Source of the DNA: Desulfatiglandales bacterium
Lineage (GTDB): Bacteria > Desulfobacterota > DSM-4660 > Desulfatiglandales > Desulfatiglandaceae
Assembly (NCBI GenBank): GCA_963662465.1
Contig: OY759599.1
Coordinates: 7,520,001-7,584,000, forward strand
Direction of reading: 5' to 3'
DNA length: 64,000 bases
Below the pieces are notes generated by a model. The model was not told where the DNA came from. It made no database searches and was given only the letters and a program-made list of their open reading frames with translations. How positions within the stretch are numbered: position 1 is the stretch's first letter; every line of letters starts with the position of its first letter. Both the position numbers and the translations under genes were made by a program. Positions 61,901 through 64,000 of this stretch are shown here, one piece after another.

Positions 61901-61990
61901 GTTTTGCCATCATTGTATTTCAAAGACGCTCGGATTGTGGTATGTAGATTGGCAATGAGGATGAAACATAACAGAATATAGGGAGATATC

Positions 61991-62623
61991 ATGACACTGG
62001 ATCGGCCTCTGGTTCTGGCCACAAAAAATAAAGGCAAAATATTAGAATTCAAGGAACTTTTCAGGGATTCTGGTGTTGAAATTAAAACCCTGGATGATTT
62101 CGGGCCCATTCCTCCGGTCATTGAGGATGGCGCCACGTTTGAAGACAACGCAGTCAAAAAAGCGCAATTTACAGCAAGGGTGCTGGGGTTTCCCGCTATT
62201 GCCGATGACTCCGGTTTGACGGTTGCGGCCCTCCAGGGCGCCCCGGGCGTATTTTCTTCACGATATGCCGGGGAGGATGGGGACGATGAAGCCAATAACC
62301 GCAAATTATTGACCGATATGAAAGGCGTGGCGGATCGGGGGGCGGCCTTTGTCTGTGTGCTGGCCATTGCCGTGCCGAGGGGACCGGCCCTGATATATGA
62401 AGGCATTTGCGAGGGTGTGATTGGCGAGACCCCAAAGGGCGACCAGGGGTTTGGCTATGATCCGCTTTTTTACTATCCGCCGCTTGGAAAGACCTTTGCG
62501 CAGCTGACCGGCGAGGAAAAAAACAGGGTCAGTCATCGTGGAAAGGCCATTGGAGAATTGCGCGGGGAGTTGAAGAAGGTGATCCTCTGGTTGAAACAGC
62601 GTTTCTCGGAAGAGCCTTTTTAA
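61991..62623 (+). CDS. rdgB: XTP/dITP diphosphatase
   Basis: AT.N.GK..E, ADDSGL, PGV.S.RYAG, GFGYDP and SHRG. Confidence 0.95.
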   Translation: MTLDRPLVLATKNKGKILEFKELFRDSGVEIKTLDDFGPIPPVIEDGATFEDNAVKKAQFTARVLGFPAIADDSGLTVAALQGAPGVFSSRYAGEDGDDEANNRKLLTDMKGVADRGAAFVCVLAIAVPRGPALIYEGICEGVIGETPKGDQGFGYDPLFYYPPLGKTFAQLTGEEKNRVSHRGKAIGELRGELKKVILWLKQRFSEEPF

Positions 62624-62729
62624 AAAAAACCGTAACCTTTTTCTTTGCGACGGCTCTATATTGACAAAGGGGATATCGTGTATATCCTAACACAAATCAA
62701 TTGGCAACAAAGGCTCACAAGGAGGAGAT

Positions 62730-63047
62730 ATGCTGGAAGTAACCGAAAAAGCAAGTGAGATGATCAAGGACTTTCTGAAGGACAGGGAAGAGATACCGGC
62801 CATCCGGATCATGATGTCCCAAGGCGGGTGAAGCGGCCCATCACTGGGAATGGCTCTGGATGAGTCACGAGATGACGATCAGGAATTTGATGACCGCGGT
62901 ATTAAGTTTGTTGTGGAAAACACCCTGTATGATCGGGTAAAACCCATAAAGGTGGACTATGTAACGTCCGCCATGGGCTCCGGTTTCAATATTATGAGCA
63001 ACATGCCGGCAGCGCCGTCTTCGTGCGGTTCCGGTTGCAGTTGCTAG
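62730..63047 (+). CDS. HesB/IscA-like selenoprotein (UGA at 62829-62831 read as Sec)
   Basis: SD AGGAGG and ATG 62730. MLEVTEKA...QGG-U-SGPSLGMALDE continues in frame into ORF 62850-63047, ending SCGSGCSC. Confidence 0.85.
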
Positions 63048-63127
63048 GAATGCCGGACAAAAAATAAAACATCCTCTGATTGGCATGTTGTCGAGCATGG
63101 TTCATGACGAGGATGTTTTTTTTACAA

Positions 63128-63565
63128 TCACTTAAAAGCGCCCAGCTGACAGGCGTTTATTTTAATTCCCAGCACTTCGCAGGCGGACGACACCGCCATC
63201 TTTCTCAATCCCAGTTTTTCGGCAATTTCCCATGCCTTTTTGCAGGGCAGTCGGTTGTTTTTGAGCCCTTGCCGAATGCAAGCCTCCAGCTCTTTTGAAA
63301 CCACTTCAGCTGGTTTTACAATCCTTTTATTCGGCTTATACCCGAAAAGTCCCATTTGACATTTTGCCAGGCGAAATTCAAGCAGATCCGTGGTTTGTCC
63401 TATAATTTCCGGCGTCACGCCCAGTTCCGATGCGATTTTAAAGGCTACCGCACAGGGAACTTCGCCCTCTGATGCCTTCTGTTTCAATGCGTTAACCACC
63501 CGGGGATCCGCGTCACTGTTGAAAGGGTGCTTCCTGGCAAAATGCCCATCCGCATCTTTTGGCAT
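63128..63565 (-). CDS. Conserved hypothetical protein with a duplicated PC..A..IA...CQ.G.F motif
   Basis: Two internal repeats; SD AAGGAGG 7 nt before ATG 63565. Confidence 0.75.
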   Translation of the reverse strand: MPKDADGHFARKHPFNSDADPRVVNALKQKASEGEVPCAVAFKIASELGVTPEIIGQTTDLLEFRLAKCQMGLFGYKPNKRIVKPAEVVSKELEACIRQGLKNNRLPCKKAWEIAEKLGLRKMAVSSACEVLGIKINACQLGAFK

Positions 63566-63721
63566 GTCATGGCCTCCTTGATGTTTTATTTCTAAACTCA
63601 AGAATCCTAAATAACACAGACGCCGAAAAAAAACCAACGAAATGCACCTTTATGGCAGTGTACCCCTTTACAGCCATTTGGAATTGGAGTATCAACTTTC
63701 TAAGCACTTAGGAGGTTTATC

Positions 63722-64000
63722 ATGATCAGAGATAATGTGAAACGGATACTGGCGGAATTGCCTGAAGGGGTTCAACTTGTGGGGGCAGCTAAAACCCGCA
63801 CGGCGGAAGAGGTACGGGAGGCCATCGAGGCGGGCCTTACGATTATCGGGCACAACTATGTGCAGGAAGCGGAAAGGCTTTTTGATGTTGTTCGACAACC
63901 CGTGAAATGTCACTTGATTGGCCACCTTCAGTCCAATAAGGCCAAAAAGGCCGCGGCAATCTTTGACATGATTGAAACCGTGGATTCCATGAAGCTGGCC
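63722..64000 (+). CDS. yggS: YggS family PLP-binding protein (partial, runs off the window)
   Basis: MIRDNVKRILAELPEGVQLVGAAKTR...IGHNYVQEA...HLIGHLQSNKAKKA; SD AGGAGG. Confidence 0.9.
   Translation, partial: MIRDNVKRILAELPEGVQLVGAAKTRTAEEVREAIEAGLTIIGHNYVQEAERLFDVVRQPVKCHLIGHLQSNKAKKAAAIFDMIETVDSMKLA

Noticed and set aside
62850..63047. Stand-alone 65-aa ORF in the ORF track
   Set aside because: It is the post-UGA half of the selenoprotein starting at 62730.

Overview
A 64 kb bacterial window, most likely from a sulfate-reducing or syntrophic Desulfobacterota (deltaproteobacterial) genome; this is inferred from gene content. From start to end it holds: (1) three tandem Rpn/YhgA-like genes, each with an internal ribosome-binding site and start for a small C-terminal product; (2) a secreted caspase-DUF1566 protein; (3) a nitrogen-assimilation supercluster (glnA, mvhD, metV, metF, a split archaeal-type glutamate synthase, P-II, glnD); (4) a decayed toxin-antitoxin patch with a group II intron 3' remnant; (5) canonical gltBD, carAB and purF; (6) an 18.4 kb island bounded by a 32-bp duplication of the purF 3' end. 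The island carries a decayed type I R-M region with KilA-N, Fic, four-helix-bundle and RhuM genes, a glycosyltransferase/acyltransferase/MATE/SDR cluster with a degraded second copy of its tail, and an unusual insertion element lacking terminal inverted repeats. Downstream are a VapBC-like pair, a tungstate/molybdate ABC transporter with its regulator, a divergent operon (CcsA, CcsB, TonB receptor, and a secreted CxxCH protein fused to a tetrapyrrole methylase), rdgB, a UGA-recoded HesB-like selenoprotein missed by the ORF track, and the start of yggS. All calls are motif recognition by eye; no database searches were run.
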